Below are positions 13,420-25,772 of a stretch of DNA of 64,000 nt, in pieces (position 1 is the stretch's first letter; every line of letters begins with the position of its first letter). This DNA comes from Haliotis rufescens (Eukaryota), in NCBI RefSeq assembly GCF_023055435.1, contig NW_025964372.1, positions 6,758,001 through 6,822,000 on the forward strand, given 5' to 3'. Under the pieces are notes generated by a model. That model was not told where the DNA came from, searched no databases, and saw only the letters and a list, made by a program, of their open reading frames with translations. A program made the position numbers and the translations under genes.

Positions 13420-13894
13420 CTCATTGAAATCAGATCTTAGTTCTCGCAACCGCTAAACAAAGATCTGAAGACATCCCATTAGGGGTCACGTCAGAACGAC
13501 CTTTCATCCGACCAATCAGAGCGTCGCTTACCAGATTATGAAAGTGACAGTCGGAATGTGATTTCTAATCATGCAACCTCGAAAACTTTAACACGGGTTA
13601 TTCCGAACGATAGTTACGGGTTTAACGACTGAATCCACACAATCTAAATTAGCCATGCCAGAATGTTCTTTTGTTCAGGTTTCAAATTTGTAATCGAGAA
13701 TTTGTCAAAATATGTTTCGAAACGTAGTCGCCAATTTGAAATTAGTGCCGTAAAGCACGAGAAAGCTTCTTTCTGATTGTTCATTCCATTGGTCGGTCAA
13801 AGTTCGCGCAAGGTCGGTCTGACGCGACCCGTAATGGGATGTCCTCAGTTCTTTGTTTAGCGGTAGCGAGAACTAAAATCTGATTTTAATCGAG
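13420..13894. mobile_element. MITE with ~80-bp terminal inverted repeats
   Basis: AATCAGATCTTAGTTCTCGCAACCGCTAAACAAAG... is mirrored at 13815-13894. A related partial copy lies at 36371-36700. Confidence 0.85.
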
Positions 13895-13947
13895 TCATCG
13901 AGTTTTGATGACGTGGTTACAATCCGGCTGATGATCGACAGTCTATA

Positions 13948-14147
13948 TTGAGCTGTGTGTGCAGTGTGAGCAGTGTGTGCAGTGTGTGCTGTGTGAGCAG
14001 TGTGAGCTGTGTGTGCAGTGTGTGCTGTGTGAGCTGTGTGTGCAGTGTGTGCTGTGTGAGCAGTGTGTGCTGTGTGAGCTGTGTGTGCAGTGTGTGCTGT
14101 GTGAGCAGTGTGTGCTGTGTGAGCAGTGTGAGCAGTGTGTGCAGTGT
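13948..14147. repeat. 9-bp-unit simple repeat (CAGTGTGTG/CTGTGTGAG)
   Basis: Direct reading of the tandem units. Confidence 0.95.
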
Positions 14148-14377
14148 ACGAACTGAGAGAAAAAATCGTGTTGTATTTAAAGGGCTACTGACCAAATTCA
14201 CTGCTAAAATTAACCGATCGCAGTCACCTGACAACCGATTCTTCTCGATTGTAACCACGTGATCAAAACTCAATGATGATGTTTATCGCTTGCAAAATGC
14301 ATATTTCACTCCTACTCTCTTCGGGGGAGCAGATTTCTGTAAAACACCACATTTGATCGTTTTGATGAGGTTTCACT

Positions 14378-15485
14378 ATGCAACGGCAAAATGAAAATGA
14401 CAGATGGAGAGCCATGGGAATTCTGGAATCCGGTACCTCGCAGCGTGATGTCGCAAGTCATTTCAACAACGAGAGGAACGCCATATGGTATTTATGGCGA
14501 CGTGATCAACCACCACCACCACGTCAGGTGCCTTCCCCGTATTGGCCGTCTCCCGGGAACCACTCATCGGCAAGACATATGCATTAGAGCTACGCATCTC
14601 CAACACAGGTTCCAGACAGCAACTCTCTCAGCCGACCCGTGAAGATCCGGGTTAGAATAGGTCTTCAGCAACCCATGCTTGTCGTAACAGGCGACTATGC
14701 TTGTCGTGAGAGGCGACTAACGGGATCGGGTGGTCAGGTTTGCTGACTTGGTTGGTGCATGTAATCGTATCGCAATTGCGTAGATCGATGTTCATGACGT
14801 CCATGATTGTCTCGTCCAGACTCGATTATTTACAGACCCCCGTCATATAGCAGGAATATTGCGGAGCGCGGCATTAAACAACAAACAAACAAACAAAAAC
14901 AAACAAACAAACATATAGATTGGAACTACGCATCTTCAACACAGGTTCCAGACAGCAAATCACAGTCCGTACCATACCGGGCAACAGAGTCGTACCTGCG
15001 GGAACCGTCCTGGTGATATCTACGCATCTAGGGCATCCGTGCGAGGCGCCCAGCCAGAAGGCCAATCCTGACGGCAGAATGTCAACGTCAACGTCCCCGT
15101 CCCTAGTGATGCAGACAACACCTACGGTAGTCAGCACGTCAGGGGAGAAGGATCATCTGAACTGACGAGTTATATTACAGCATGACACGTGTATACAGGC
15201 GTCGAGATTCCTGAAGGCGATCGCCCTGGGGATGGTGGCGTTATGATTTGGAATGGAATAACCGCTCCAGGAAGGTTCAAATGATTGTGATTGATGGAAA
15301 TTTAATTTACCGGGATGAGATTTCTGCAAACGGCAATTTTACCGTTTTTGCAAAAACCATGTAATAACATTCCGGCACAATAACACCACAATGATGTTGG
15401 AGCTGTGCAGCAGTATCTGAACAATGTGTATCCCTGACCTGCAAAATGTCAAGTCATCAATCGAACATACCTAGCATGGAACTCG
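14378..15485 (+). mobile_element. Decayed Tc1-family (DD34E) transposase
   Basis: Colinear but frameshifted motifs: N-terminal HTH (RWRAMGILESGTSQRDVASHF), PRIGR.PGTTHRQD, GIRARRPARRPILT, GDGGVMIWNGI, IDGNL.YRDEI, FRHNN (FQHDN-like) and a degraded WPAKSPDLNPIEH. Confidence 0.85.
14634..14910 (+). mobile_element. Family A retroposon inserted in Tc1 remnant
   Basis: Full-length copy with a duplicated hairpin module. Confidence 0.9.
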
Positions 15486-15489
15486 CAGT

Positions 15490-15965
15490 AACTATCTTAC
15501 CATTCCTTAGATGTGGGAGTGGGTGATGTCAGGCACAAGGTGGATACACACCCTACTGCCTGTGTGGTGTTTGTTTGTTTGTTTGACGCCGCACTCAGCA
15601 ATGTTCCAGCAATTTGACGGCGGTCTGTATATAATCGTGTCTGAACCAGACAATCCAGTGATTGATCACTAGCATCCATCTACGTAACTAGGGTGACATG
15701 CATCAACCAAGTCAACGAGCCTGACTACCCAATCCCGTTAGTCGCCTCTTACGACAAGCACAGTCGCCTTTTACGGCAAGCATGGAAGAAGACCTATTCT
15801 ACCCCAGATCCTCACGGGTCTTCCTTGAAGTGGGGCAAGAACATATATTAGTGGTTTGTTCACATTTAATGTTGTTGCGGTGTTTACCAATAGTTTACCC
15901 CCTATCGGCCGTTTCGCGAAGCTTTGACCTCTTTCTTCCCGCCACGCCTAATATACGGATGGACC
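15490..15965 (+). pseudogene. Paralogous GPCR pseudogene fragment (TM6-TM7-H8) with the same retroposon insertion
   Basis: 15821-15962 aligns to 12207-12359. GYTPYCLCG (CWxP-like TM6) lies just before the retroposon. Confidence 0.55.
15569..15820 (-). mobile_element. Family A retroposon
   Basis: Near full-length match to the family consensus. Confidence 0.9.
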
Positions 15966-16734
15966 TTTTACGACACAGTCGCCTTTAACGGCAAACATGG
16001 GTTGCTGAAGATGCAGGTCCCCGTGTAGCTCCCTCTACGAACTGCTGCTTGTTATCCTACCTTCAGACGTTGTTCTCTAATTTCAACCACGGCAGTAAAT
16101 ACAGGTTTCTTACCCGATTCTATTTGTGCCGCAATAGCCTTTACATTTCAATACATCTACCTTTGGAGTTACTTGATTTAGTGGCGTGTGAGTGAGTATG
16201 GTTTTAAGCCGCTTTTAGCAATATTCCAGCAATATCACGTCAGGGGATAGGATTCACACATTGAACCCATGTTAGGCACCGAAGCCAAGTCGTTGACATG
16301 ACGAGGGACCGCTTGAACAACTAGTCTACCCCACAGACCCTAGCGGCGTGTGTATATGCATATATGTATTTCATGTCTACGAATCTTTTCATGTTTTTAA
16401 TCAGGTTATTTGATGCACTTCGCGAAGTATGACCCGTTTTATTACAATATAGATTTTGATTATCGATAGGATGGTTTTGACTGGGCGCGGCAAATTTGTT
16501 TGAAGCAAATGCAAGTGATATGAGAGGTGGAATCCGATTCGGCTTGTCCCGGAATGACACGAGTTGGTCACGAATGAGAAGGAACATAACGAGTAACGGT
16601 TACGGAAAAGGGCGAGGGGTGGCGAATGAACGAGTAAGAGCCACTGGTGGTGCTACGATCAAGCCCAGAAAGTCCTGCCCAGTTCGGCAAGGGTGGAAGC
16701 TGGACTTGAACATGGGAATACGTTCAATGATTAT

Positions 16735-16997
16735 GTTTTTGTTTGTTTGTTGTTTAACGCCGCACTCAGCATTATTCCAGCTATGTGACGGCGGTCTGTA
16801 AATAATCGTGTCTGAACCAGACAATCCAGTGATTGACATCATGAGCATCGATCCACGCCTTTGGAATACGATGACATGCATCAACCATGTCAGTGAGCAT
16901 GACCACCCTTACCCGTTGGTCTTACAACAGGCATAATCGCCGTTTACGACAAGAATGGGTTGCTGAAGACCCATTCTACCCCGGATCTTGACGGGTC
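16735..16997 (-). mobile_element. Family A retroposon
   Basis: Full-length match to the family consensus. Confidence 0.9.
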
Positions 16998-18091
16998 AAC
17001 GTTAGATGAAGACAAAGCATGTTAAATAAGGAATGTTTAATGGATAGTAAACACATGATCACAGACAAAACTAGAGAAACTCAAGGAAGGGAGGTAACTC
17101 TATTAACACTCTTCCCAGTCCATATAAGATGCGCAGTCGTGACTTATTATGGAACATACAAACGTATTTCAAACTTAATAAATATACATCGTTCTTGTCA
17201 TTCGACTAGTATGATAAAGAGAAGTTTCAAAGTGTATGGTCGTTTTGAGGCAGAGAATCGACTGCCTATGCGAAAATGAGAACCAGCGGAATCGGTGTAA
17301 GTGTTCTAAATTAAAACTCTAACCTTCAAAGATACGTTTTCATTCACACCGGTCTCAGATCATCCTCGATCATCCGGGATAGTATACCCATTCGTCACCA
17401 AAGTTTCGTTTAGGAAGTGACAACATCTAAATATCTCTTATTACAAAACCTAGCGTCAAAACGAAGCTATGTGAGCGAATTGCTCAAGGTAACGTAATGG
17501 ACAATCGAGGGTGCAAGTAGATATGATTTTTATTAATTAGGAATCTCATTTGCATTCTTTATTTCAGATACAGTTAGTACGAACCATACTTTCAATGGAC
17601 TTAGGCTGTCCTTAACAGCTTTTTGCCCTATTTAACAAATAAAGTAGGACTTCATTAATCCGGACGATTGTCTTTATACACCATCTGAATATATCCGAAC
17701 ATATATAAAATATAATATAGTTCCATTCTCTTTCGCAACAATTTGCACGTGAAGGGTTTTTGGAGAAACTGTCCAGCTGAACGAGATTCTTCACATTTTA
17801 GTAAACAACCGTAAATCAAATATAAGACACGCCATGTTACACTTAGATGCTTAAAGTTCCACGACGAAAAAGCATAGGCATTGCATATGTTGTGAAAAAT
17901 ACAATTAAAAGTTTAAAATACCTCTCACGTCTAAAATGAGACCCCACCTGTCACAAAACGTCAAATTGACCGTTGTCTCGCCCCGCATGTGGCTGCACGT
18001 GCAGCACGTACGCGTCAGCTTCAATCGCAGGTGTCGTCTCAGTTAGGTGTAATTGACACGCGCATTTTAGGCTCGTGCGTTGCACTATATT

Positions 18092-18382
18092 TGAGTGAGT
18101 GAGTGAGTGAATGAGTTGGGTTTAACGCCGCTTTTAACAGTATTCCAGTTATATCGCAGCGTGTCAGCTTAATGTGGGAGGAAAGCCAGAAGTGATGCAG
18201 GTCTCAGACGTTTACCACTTCGGTGAAACCCACGAGCACGGGTATGGTGCTGACAAACCTAGAAACATAATCGGGGCGAACCGGGATTCGAACCCACAAA
18301 CAGAGGTTTCTGGCGTGCCAAGGGGACGCAACTCTGCACAGCGAATCGCGGCGCCTTAGACGACTGTGCCACCCGTGCCCCC
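18092..18382 (-). mobile_element. tRNA(Leu)-like-headed V-domain SINE (family C)
   Basis: Head GTCTAAGGCGC...GGGTTCGAATCCC, V-domain-like GGCTTTCCTCCCAC and an (ACTC)n tail. A truncated copy lies at 18692-18880. Confidence 0.88.
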
Positions 18383-19693
18383 CACAATATTTGAAGTGCA
18401 TGCACACGTTAAATGACTGAAATGGCCATGAATCGACATTTCTCACTCTTATATTCATCAGCAAGAAAATACTCATGATAATGTGTTATGAACAAGATGA
18501 AGGTCAATTTCACATTTGCTTAAATTTGATAAAAATAATTCGCAAAACCGAAATGGACGGCTTTTAACTCGTTCCAGTTGAATTAGTGCAGATATTTTGT
18601 GCTGGTGAACAAACTTGATGCAGATCAAGCAATTCTCTCTCTCTGCGCGCGATGTCACGCTATATCAGTTAAAAGAGTTATTCCATTTCTAGTGAGTGAG
18701 TAAGTGAGTGAGATGGGTTTAACGCCGATTTTAACAGTATTCCAGTTATATCACGGCGTGTCAGCTTAATGTGGGAGGAAAGCTCGAAGTGATGCAGGTC
18801 TCAGACGTTTACCACTTCGGTGAAACCCACGGGTATGGTGCTGACAAACCTAGAAACATAATCGGGCCGAACCGGGATTATATTGCATTACTAACTTCCT
18901 TTCATTCAAGTATATTTCACTTTAAAATTGCCTGGGTTATACCCATGAATGCATGTGTCTGTTGCCAAATGGTCGGACTGTATGTCCCTATACACTTGTG
19001 TTCCTGTTCTGAAATCATTATGTCCTTATTTATAAATCCGAACCAGGTTGTACTCAAGAAACCTATTTGTCGACCTGAGTTTCAAATCTTAACATGCGAA
19101 CACACGACTCAAAACAGGAATTCAGTATCGCGGTGACCTTGTCAGTGAATACTTTGTCAAATCTCACCCCTTGACGTCATACTGGTAACCATTCGATCTG
19201 TCCTAATTCAAGGTCAAGGTCAAGGTCACCTGCAAATCGAAAATCGAAAACAGGTATAGGGACATCGAGTTTATGTCCTTAAACCAGTCCTTCAGTAAAG
19301 TCCAGAGTAGTTCCAGATTACCGTCTAACTTGAATAAAAAGATCTGGAGTAAAATATTCACAGTTTGCCTTTTTGTCAATGTTTATCAACCCTAGCCAAG
19401 TCAAAATCAAAATGACCAATTGCACAAATACATATGACTAAGCTGTGTACGATGCGAAATTAAGAAATAAATTAAAATATGATTATTCACAATAACAAAG
19501 AAATTAGTAATTCTAGTTTGCATTCCAATGGCACTTGGGCGTCCTTGACAAGGATAGTGCCATCAAAATACTTTCACTGACCCACTCAATATCCTTCTCT
19601 CTGATTGAGAGGAACAGCCATTCATTAATGTATAACAAATCGGTTCGCAGAAAATTGCCGTCCCAATTTCCCGTTTTACGGTATTAGCTATCC

Positions 19694-19780
19694 GTTGCTA
19701 TGGTAACACACTCCCATGATGCCCATATCCGGTGTGACCAACCACGACCGGTAAGGCAGGCTTTTGTGCCGCCATTTTGT
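19694..19780. promoter_or_regulatory. RFX X-box plus YY1 motif (promoter-like cluster)
   Basis: GTTGCTATGGTAAC at 19694-19707, GCCGCCATTTT at 19768-19778, and a + strand donor CCG|gtaagg at 19750. Confidence 0.45.
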
Positions 19781-19999
19781 TCACAACACTTTGTAAATCA
19801 GTCGGCTAGCTACAAGGCAGAAGTGGAGCGCGTTTGGATCTTAACAGCGTGATGAGAATGGTTGACTCGAATTCCACAAAAGTCTTCATCGTGTCAGAGA
19901 CGGACGCCACAGTTAAACGTCCACATCAGCGATTCTGTCACTTGAAAGACCAGCCTGTCGTCCCCATTAATTGCCGCTATTTCTCCAGCCTAATCGGTG

Positions 20000-20166
20000 T
20001 CATTGTGGCGGAAGTACATTTTTGCGAAATTCTCCTGGCATATTGTTATTCCCCGCTGGTCGGTACTGGGTCACCACGACATATCGATCTTGACCTTTCA
20101 CCTTGGATATTCCTACGCCAACTTCTGAAGTGGACCTCCAAATCATTTGGGTGAAATTCATTGCAC
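20000..20166 (-). CDS. GLIPR2: GAPR-1/GLIPR2-like CAP protein, last exon
   Basis: Acceptor tcctcag|GT. Encodes GAMNFTQMIWRSTSEVGVGISKVKGQDRYVVVTQYRPAGNNNMPGEFRKNVLPPQ*, with CAP1/CAP2 motifs and the GAPR-1-type NVLPP end. Confidence 0.93.
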
Positions 20167-21335
20167 CTGAGGAGGAAAGTAGATGCAATTATTTTTTCTC
20201 CAAGGAAGAACACTTCCACTCAAAATATAATATTTCATAAAATGATACATCACAAATTTATTATTTGGTCTCTGGTTATAATTCATATTTAGCTGGTCCA
20301 TCGCAAACCGTTTCATTTCCGACATATCGGAAACTACAAGCCCCGTGCAGCTCAAACACTGATGAATGACCCAAGCTGTGGTGTCTCTAAAAAGCGTACT
20401 CACAGAATTCTGATCCGGTTTTAAATAATGACCGCGGCAAACATATTGAAAATGCCATTTTCACCAATTACTGTAGAATATCGAATTTGATATGCAACCA
20501 GTATGTTACGAACGGAATCATTTCGACATCTGCTCTCAAAACTGTAGCATTATTTAACTGAAAAACGTTTGTTTTATTATCATAGCAGTGTTCTTTCCAA
20601 GGTGAAACACATGGTAAGGGGTAGCCTATCTATCGTTCTCTCGTCAAGCCGAAGACTATGGTTCGATTCCCCACATGGGTACATTACGTGACGCTTCTTG
20701 AGTTCTTCCGCCGTCATTTGGTTAGGGTGTTGCTACAAGCGGCATAAAACACGTCTCACCCACTGCAGCCCGTCGTCTAGAGTTTGACCATGCTTTCTGA
20801 AGCTCTATGTGGCTTTGTTATGAGAACGTGCAAATATTTTGTTGGAGTTAACCAACATTTTTCGACATCTGCTCTCAAACCTGTAGCATAATTTAGCTGA
20901 AAAAACGTTGTTGTTTTTTTATCCTAGCAGTGTTCTTTCCAAGGTTCGCGCACAAAATTTTGATCTGTCTTAAACATTGCTGTCAAATTTAAAATGTATT
21001 TTTTGCCCATAGCTCAGGCATATCTGCATGTATCATTATTACGTGATATTCGGTAATTATGTGGATGACTAACAATAACACATGTTGTATTTTGCTGTGT
21101 ATTGTAATACTTGTTTATTTAATCTTTGACCTTTTCTTACAGCAGCGGCTGCCATTTGTGCCGTGATGGCCCTGGTGAACATTGGCCCTTGGCATAACCA
21201 GCTACTCATCTATAAATGTGTAATTTATTGAAATTGTTTTTTGATCGTCTTATTACTAGGGTCCCCTCATATTTCTGTTGCTTATCTTCTTTTCAATTGT
21301 ACAACATTAAAACTGTATGTTGTATTCCAGGAAAC

Positions 21336-21502
21336 GGGGCGGTGGGGTAGCCTAGGGGTTAAAGCGTTCGCTCTTTACGCCAAAGTCCCGGGTTCGAATC
21401 CTCAACAGGGGTACAATATGTGAAGCCCATTTCTGTTGTCCGCCGTCAGGATATTCCTGGAATGTTGCTAAAAGCGGCGTAAAACCGTTCTCATTTACTC
21501 AC
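21336..21502 (+). mobile_element. Short tRNA-derived SINE (family B, (ACTC)n tail)
   Basis: A-box TAGCCTAGGGG, B-box GTTCGAATCC and 13-bp TSD TATTCCAGGAAAC. Confidence 0.92.
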
Positions 21503-21526
21503 TATTCCAGGAAACTTAAGAAGCTT

Positions 21527-22679
21527 GTGAGTTATATCTTAAATGTCACACTTATCCACTGCCCAATACAGTGAGTTAAATCTCATATGTCACACTTATC
21601 CACTGCCCAATACAGTGAGTTAAATCTCATATGTCACACTTATCCCCTGCCCAATACAGTGAGTTATATCTCATATGTCACACTTATCCACTGCCCAATA
21701 CAGTGAGTTAAATCTCATATGTCACACTTATCCACTGCCCAATACAGTGAGTTATATCTCATATGTCACACTTATCCACTGCCCAATACAGTGAGTTATA
21801 TCTCATATGTCACACTTATCCACTGCCCAATACAATGAGTTATATCTCATATGTCACACTTATCCACTGCCCAATACAGTGAGTTATATCTCATATGTCA
21901 CACTTATCCACTGCCCAATACAGTGAGTTAAATCTCATATGTCACACTTATCCACTGCCCAATACAGTGAGTTAAATCTCATATGTCACACTTATCCACT
22001 GCCCAATACAGTGAGTTAAATCTCATATGTCACACTTATCCACTGCCCAATACAGTGAGTTAAATCTCATATGTCACACTTATCCCCTGCCCAATACAGT
22101 GAGTTATATCTCATATGTCACACTTATCCACTGCCCAATACAGTGAGTTAAATCTCATATGTCACACTTATCCACTGCCCAATACAGTGAGTTATATCTC
22201 ATATGTCACACTTATCCACTGCCCAATACAGTGAGTTATATCTCATATGTCACACTTATTCACTGCCCAATACAGTGAGTTATATCTTAAATGTCACACT
22301 AATCCACTGCCCAATACAGTGAGTTAAATCTCATATGTCACACTTATCCACTGCCCAATACAGTGAGTTATATCTCATATGTCACACTTATTCACTGCCC
22401 AATACAGTGAGTTATATCTTAAATGTCACACTTATCCACTGCCCAATACAGTGAGTTATATCTCATATGTCACACTTATCCACTGCCCAATACAGTGAGT
22501 TATATCTCATATGTCACACTTATCCACTGCCCAATACAGTGAGTTATATCTCATATGTCACACTTATCCACTGCCCAATACAGTGAGTTATATCTCATAT
22601 GTCACACTTATTCACTGCCCAATACAGTGAGTTATATCTCATATGTCACACTTATCCACTGCCCAATACAGTGAGTTAT
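21527..22679. repeat. 44-bp minisatellite, ~26 near-identical copies
   Basis: Unit GTGAGTTATATCTCATATGTCACACTTATCCACTGCCCAATACA; starts at 21571, 21615 and onward. Confidence 0.97.
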
Positions 22680-23143
22680 TGAATTACGTTTGACGCAGCT
22701 TTGAACAGTATTTCATTATATCAAGGTTAAATGTAGGAGGCAACACGAAGGGATACCTTATACGTTTACCCGCGAGCACGGGTGTGGTGCTGACAAACCT
22801 AGAAACATAATCAGGGCGAACGAGGATTCGAACCGACGATCATAGGTTCCTGGTGTGTCCAAAGGACGCAACTCTGCGTAGCAAATGGACTTGACACATG
22901 TACCAATGCGGGGAAACGAACCCAGGCCTTAGGCGTGTCGGGCGAATGTTCTAAGCCCCTCCCCCTTCCCGATAGAACATGCAAATGATGTTTGTACTTG
23001 TTCCTTCAGATCCCACGACGAGTAATTTTGATAAGCCGGTTCACATGATGCTTTCATACAGAATATTTGTCAGATCAACCATGGTATGGAATATGATTTA
23101 ATTGTAGTTATTCCCTTGAATATGTTTAAGACAGTGTTCTCAC

Positions 23144-23266
23144 CTTTCCGCCATCTTGGACTCGAGTAGTCATATTTAGCACACTCCTTGTACCACTGTT
23201 TGGAGACCTCTTCTCCGACGGGATCCTTGCCGTTCAGGTCCAGAAAGATGATGTTCTCTCCCACGC
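23144..23266 (-). CDS. GLIPR2: GAPR-1/GLIPR2-like CAP protein, exon 3
   Basis: Acceptor ttgtag|GC and donor AAAG|gtgaga. Encodes GVGENIIFLDLNGKDPVGEEVSKQWYKECAKYDYSSPRWRK, with the GEN and WYxE motifs. Confidence 0.92.
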
Positions 23267-23510
23267 CTACAACAAAGAACACAGATACATCTCTTTATTA
23301 TACCCCCATGTCGGAATGACGAGGTCTGATTGGTCCAGGTGATCTTGATAAAATACTATGTATCCCTTCCTGAGGGAAATACATATCTGAAAGGGAGAAT
23401 AAATCCAGTATAACCCGCCACGAAGAAAACAGGCTGCACATGGATTTGTCTACGGGAAAATAAATCCTTTATACCCCGCTACGAAGCAGACAATCGCACG
23501 CTTTTTCAAA

Positions 23511-23585
23511 GAGAGAGAGAGAGAGAGGGAGAGAGAGAGAGAGAGAGGGGGGTGGGGTGGGGGGGGGGGGGGGGGGGGGGGGGGT
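23511..23585. repeat. (GA)n microsatellite plus poly-G tract
   Basis: Direct reading of the sequence. Confidence 0.9.
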
Positions 23586-24993
23586 GAATGTTGTTTTACG
23601 CCGATATTATGTTATCTATATCTCGTCTGAACAACGATCCATGGTGTCGGGGCACGATGACCCATAACCAGGTCATATTACTTGCAAACCACTCGATCCT
23701 CACTCTAATAGGCTCTAACGAACAAGAGTGGCAGTTCGGGGCCTATTCTACTGCAGAAATCCCATGGGTTCACAATCTTGATAACAACTTGATAAATCGT
23801 CGATCGATACCAATCCATTCGTAATGGAATAAAACCTACCATTGCATAATAATGAAATACTCCCCACACGCAACATGACATGCAAACCACTTGTACATGA
23901 CCAGATTAGCGCCTCTGGCCTTTTTACTATCGCGTGCTAGAGTCTCACAAACCTTACCTTTCTGGTGTGAGCAATGGCACCCGATCACGCATAGCATCAC
24001 CAGTCTAAATATACCATCGCAGACCCCGCCAATAATTACTGTATGTCCATATTCCATCGATTGAGATGCCAGTCATTTCACAAGGCTCGTGTTGATTTAG
24101 TTTTTGATGGGCCAACGTCCATTATCTACTCGGGCAGCTCTTGGGGAAGTGTCTTGTAAGTCTGACCAATTTGTTAAATGAAATGTCCAAATATGGTTTG
24201 TTTCCAGCATAGGATTTCGATGTCTATGTGTCGCTTGGAACTGGTTAGAGTGAAACCATTATCAGGATCTGGAAGAAAGTTCCTTAGAACCAGAGCCAAA
24301 TGTCTGAGAAGATCTGCAAAATATATTTCTGATTTGTGTTTATAACTAAGGCGTTTTTTTTGTGTCAACGGTGTTCATTTTTACTATATCTGTTCAGCCA
24401 GATATATATTTGATGTTACCTTGGCCGGAAGATTTATTTGAAACACATGGTAAGGGGTAGCCTATCTATCGTTCTCTCGTCAAGCCGAAGACTATGGTTC
24501 GATTCCCCACATGGGTACATTACGTGACGCTTCTTGAGTCCTTCTGCCGTCATTTGGTTAGGGTGTTGTTACAAGCGGCATAAAACACGACTCACCCACT
24601 GCAGCCCGTCGTCTAGAGTTTGACCATGCTTTCTGAAGCTCTATGTGGCTTTGTTATGAGAACGTGCAAATGTATTGTTGGAGTTAACCCCATAACGATT
24701 ATTTCTAACAGACTTAGCCAAGTCAGCATTTGGCCGCACCTTGAGCCGTTCAGTGTTAAGATGGAACGGTACATACATTCAAGTGCATTATGCATGCATA
24801 ACACTTACCGTAACCAAACTAAGTTGCTCACCCCTGAATCCCTAATACCAATGAAAGTTCTCTACAAAGTTTGTTTGTTTGTTTGTTGTTTAACGCCGCG
24901 CTCAACAATATTCCAGCTATATGACGTCTATATATTCGGCCCAATCAAGTCTGTTAGAGAAGTCGAGGGCGACTGCAAGTTCATGATATGAGT

Positions 24994-25268
24994 GGTCCAC
25001 GGGCGGCCCAGTCGACTAAGGCGCCGCAATTCGCAGTGCAGAGTTGCGTCCCCTAGGCACTCCAGAAACCTTTGATCATGGGTTCGAATCCCGGTTCGCC
25101 CCGATTATGTTTCTAGGTTTCTCAGCACGATACCCGTCCTCTAGGGTTCCGCCAAAGTGGTAAACGTCTGAAACCTGCATCACTTCGGGATTTCATCCCA
25201 CAGTAAGCTGACATGATGTGATGTAACTGGAAAACTGTTAAATCGGCGTTAAAACCAACTCACTCACT
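24994..25268 (+). mobile_element. Family C SINE
   Basis: Full-length match to 18092-18382. Confidence 0.88.
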
Positions 25269-25418
25269 TGTAACACGAGTACCCTTCTATTAGAAAACAT
25301 GTACAGTCAGAATAACTAATATTACTATTGAACAGGGGAACTGTTCAGTGCCGAGTTTAGAAACATCCGTTTTAGACCATAAAACAGCCCTATCGTGTCA
25401 AATTCAAAGAATTAAAAC

Positions 25419-25772
25419 CGGTGAGGTGAAATGGGTTTTAACGTCGCGTCCAAGATTATTGCACTTATATAGCGACGTGCATGTACGTGTGTGTGTTTGT
25501 GTGGCTGCTTGTACTAGTCCGGACTGATGCCGATTTATAGTGCTACTTCACTGAGATACTATGCCGCAGTTTAACATGAATACCCCACTCAGACACAGTA
25601 TACTGACTCCGAGCCGACCAGTCCTTGTTTTAGCCCCTTAATGCCGAGCGCCAGACAGGGTAACAACATGTACCATCTTTTAACGTCTTTTGGTTTGACG
25701 CGGTCGGGGATTGAACCCCGGACCTTCCGCTCTCCGGGCGGACGCTCTACCTCTAGACCACGGAGGCGGTCT
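25419..25772 (-). mobile_element. tRNA-derived SINE with Meta-domain-like body (family D)
   Basis: A/B boxes, CGCGTCAAACCAAAAGAC...GGCTCGGAGTCAGTATACTGTGTCTGAGTGG body, and TSD AATTAAAAC. Confidence 0.85.

Noticed and set aside
13948-14262. Cys-rich ORFs resembling metallothionein
   Set aside because: They are translations of a 9-bp simple repeat that is open in several frames and on both strands.
21527-22679. CRISPR-like array
   Set aside because: Head-to-tail 44-bp units with no unique spacers, in a eukaryotic context with no cas genes.
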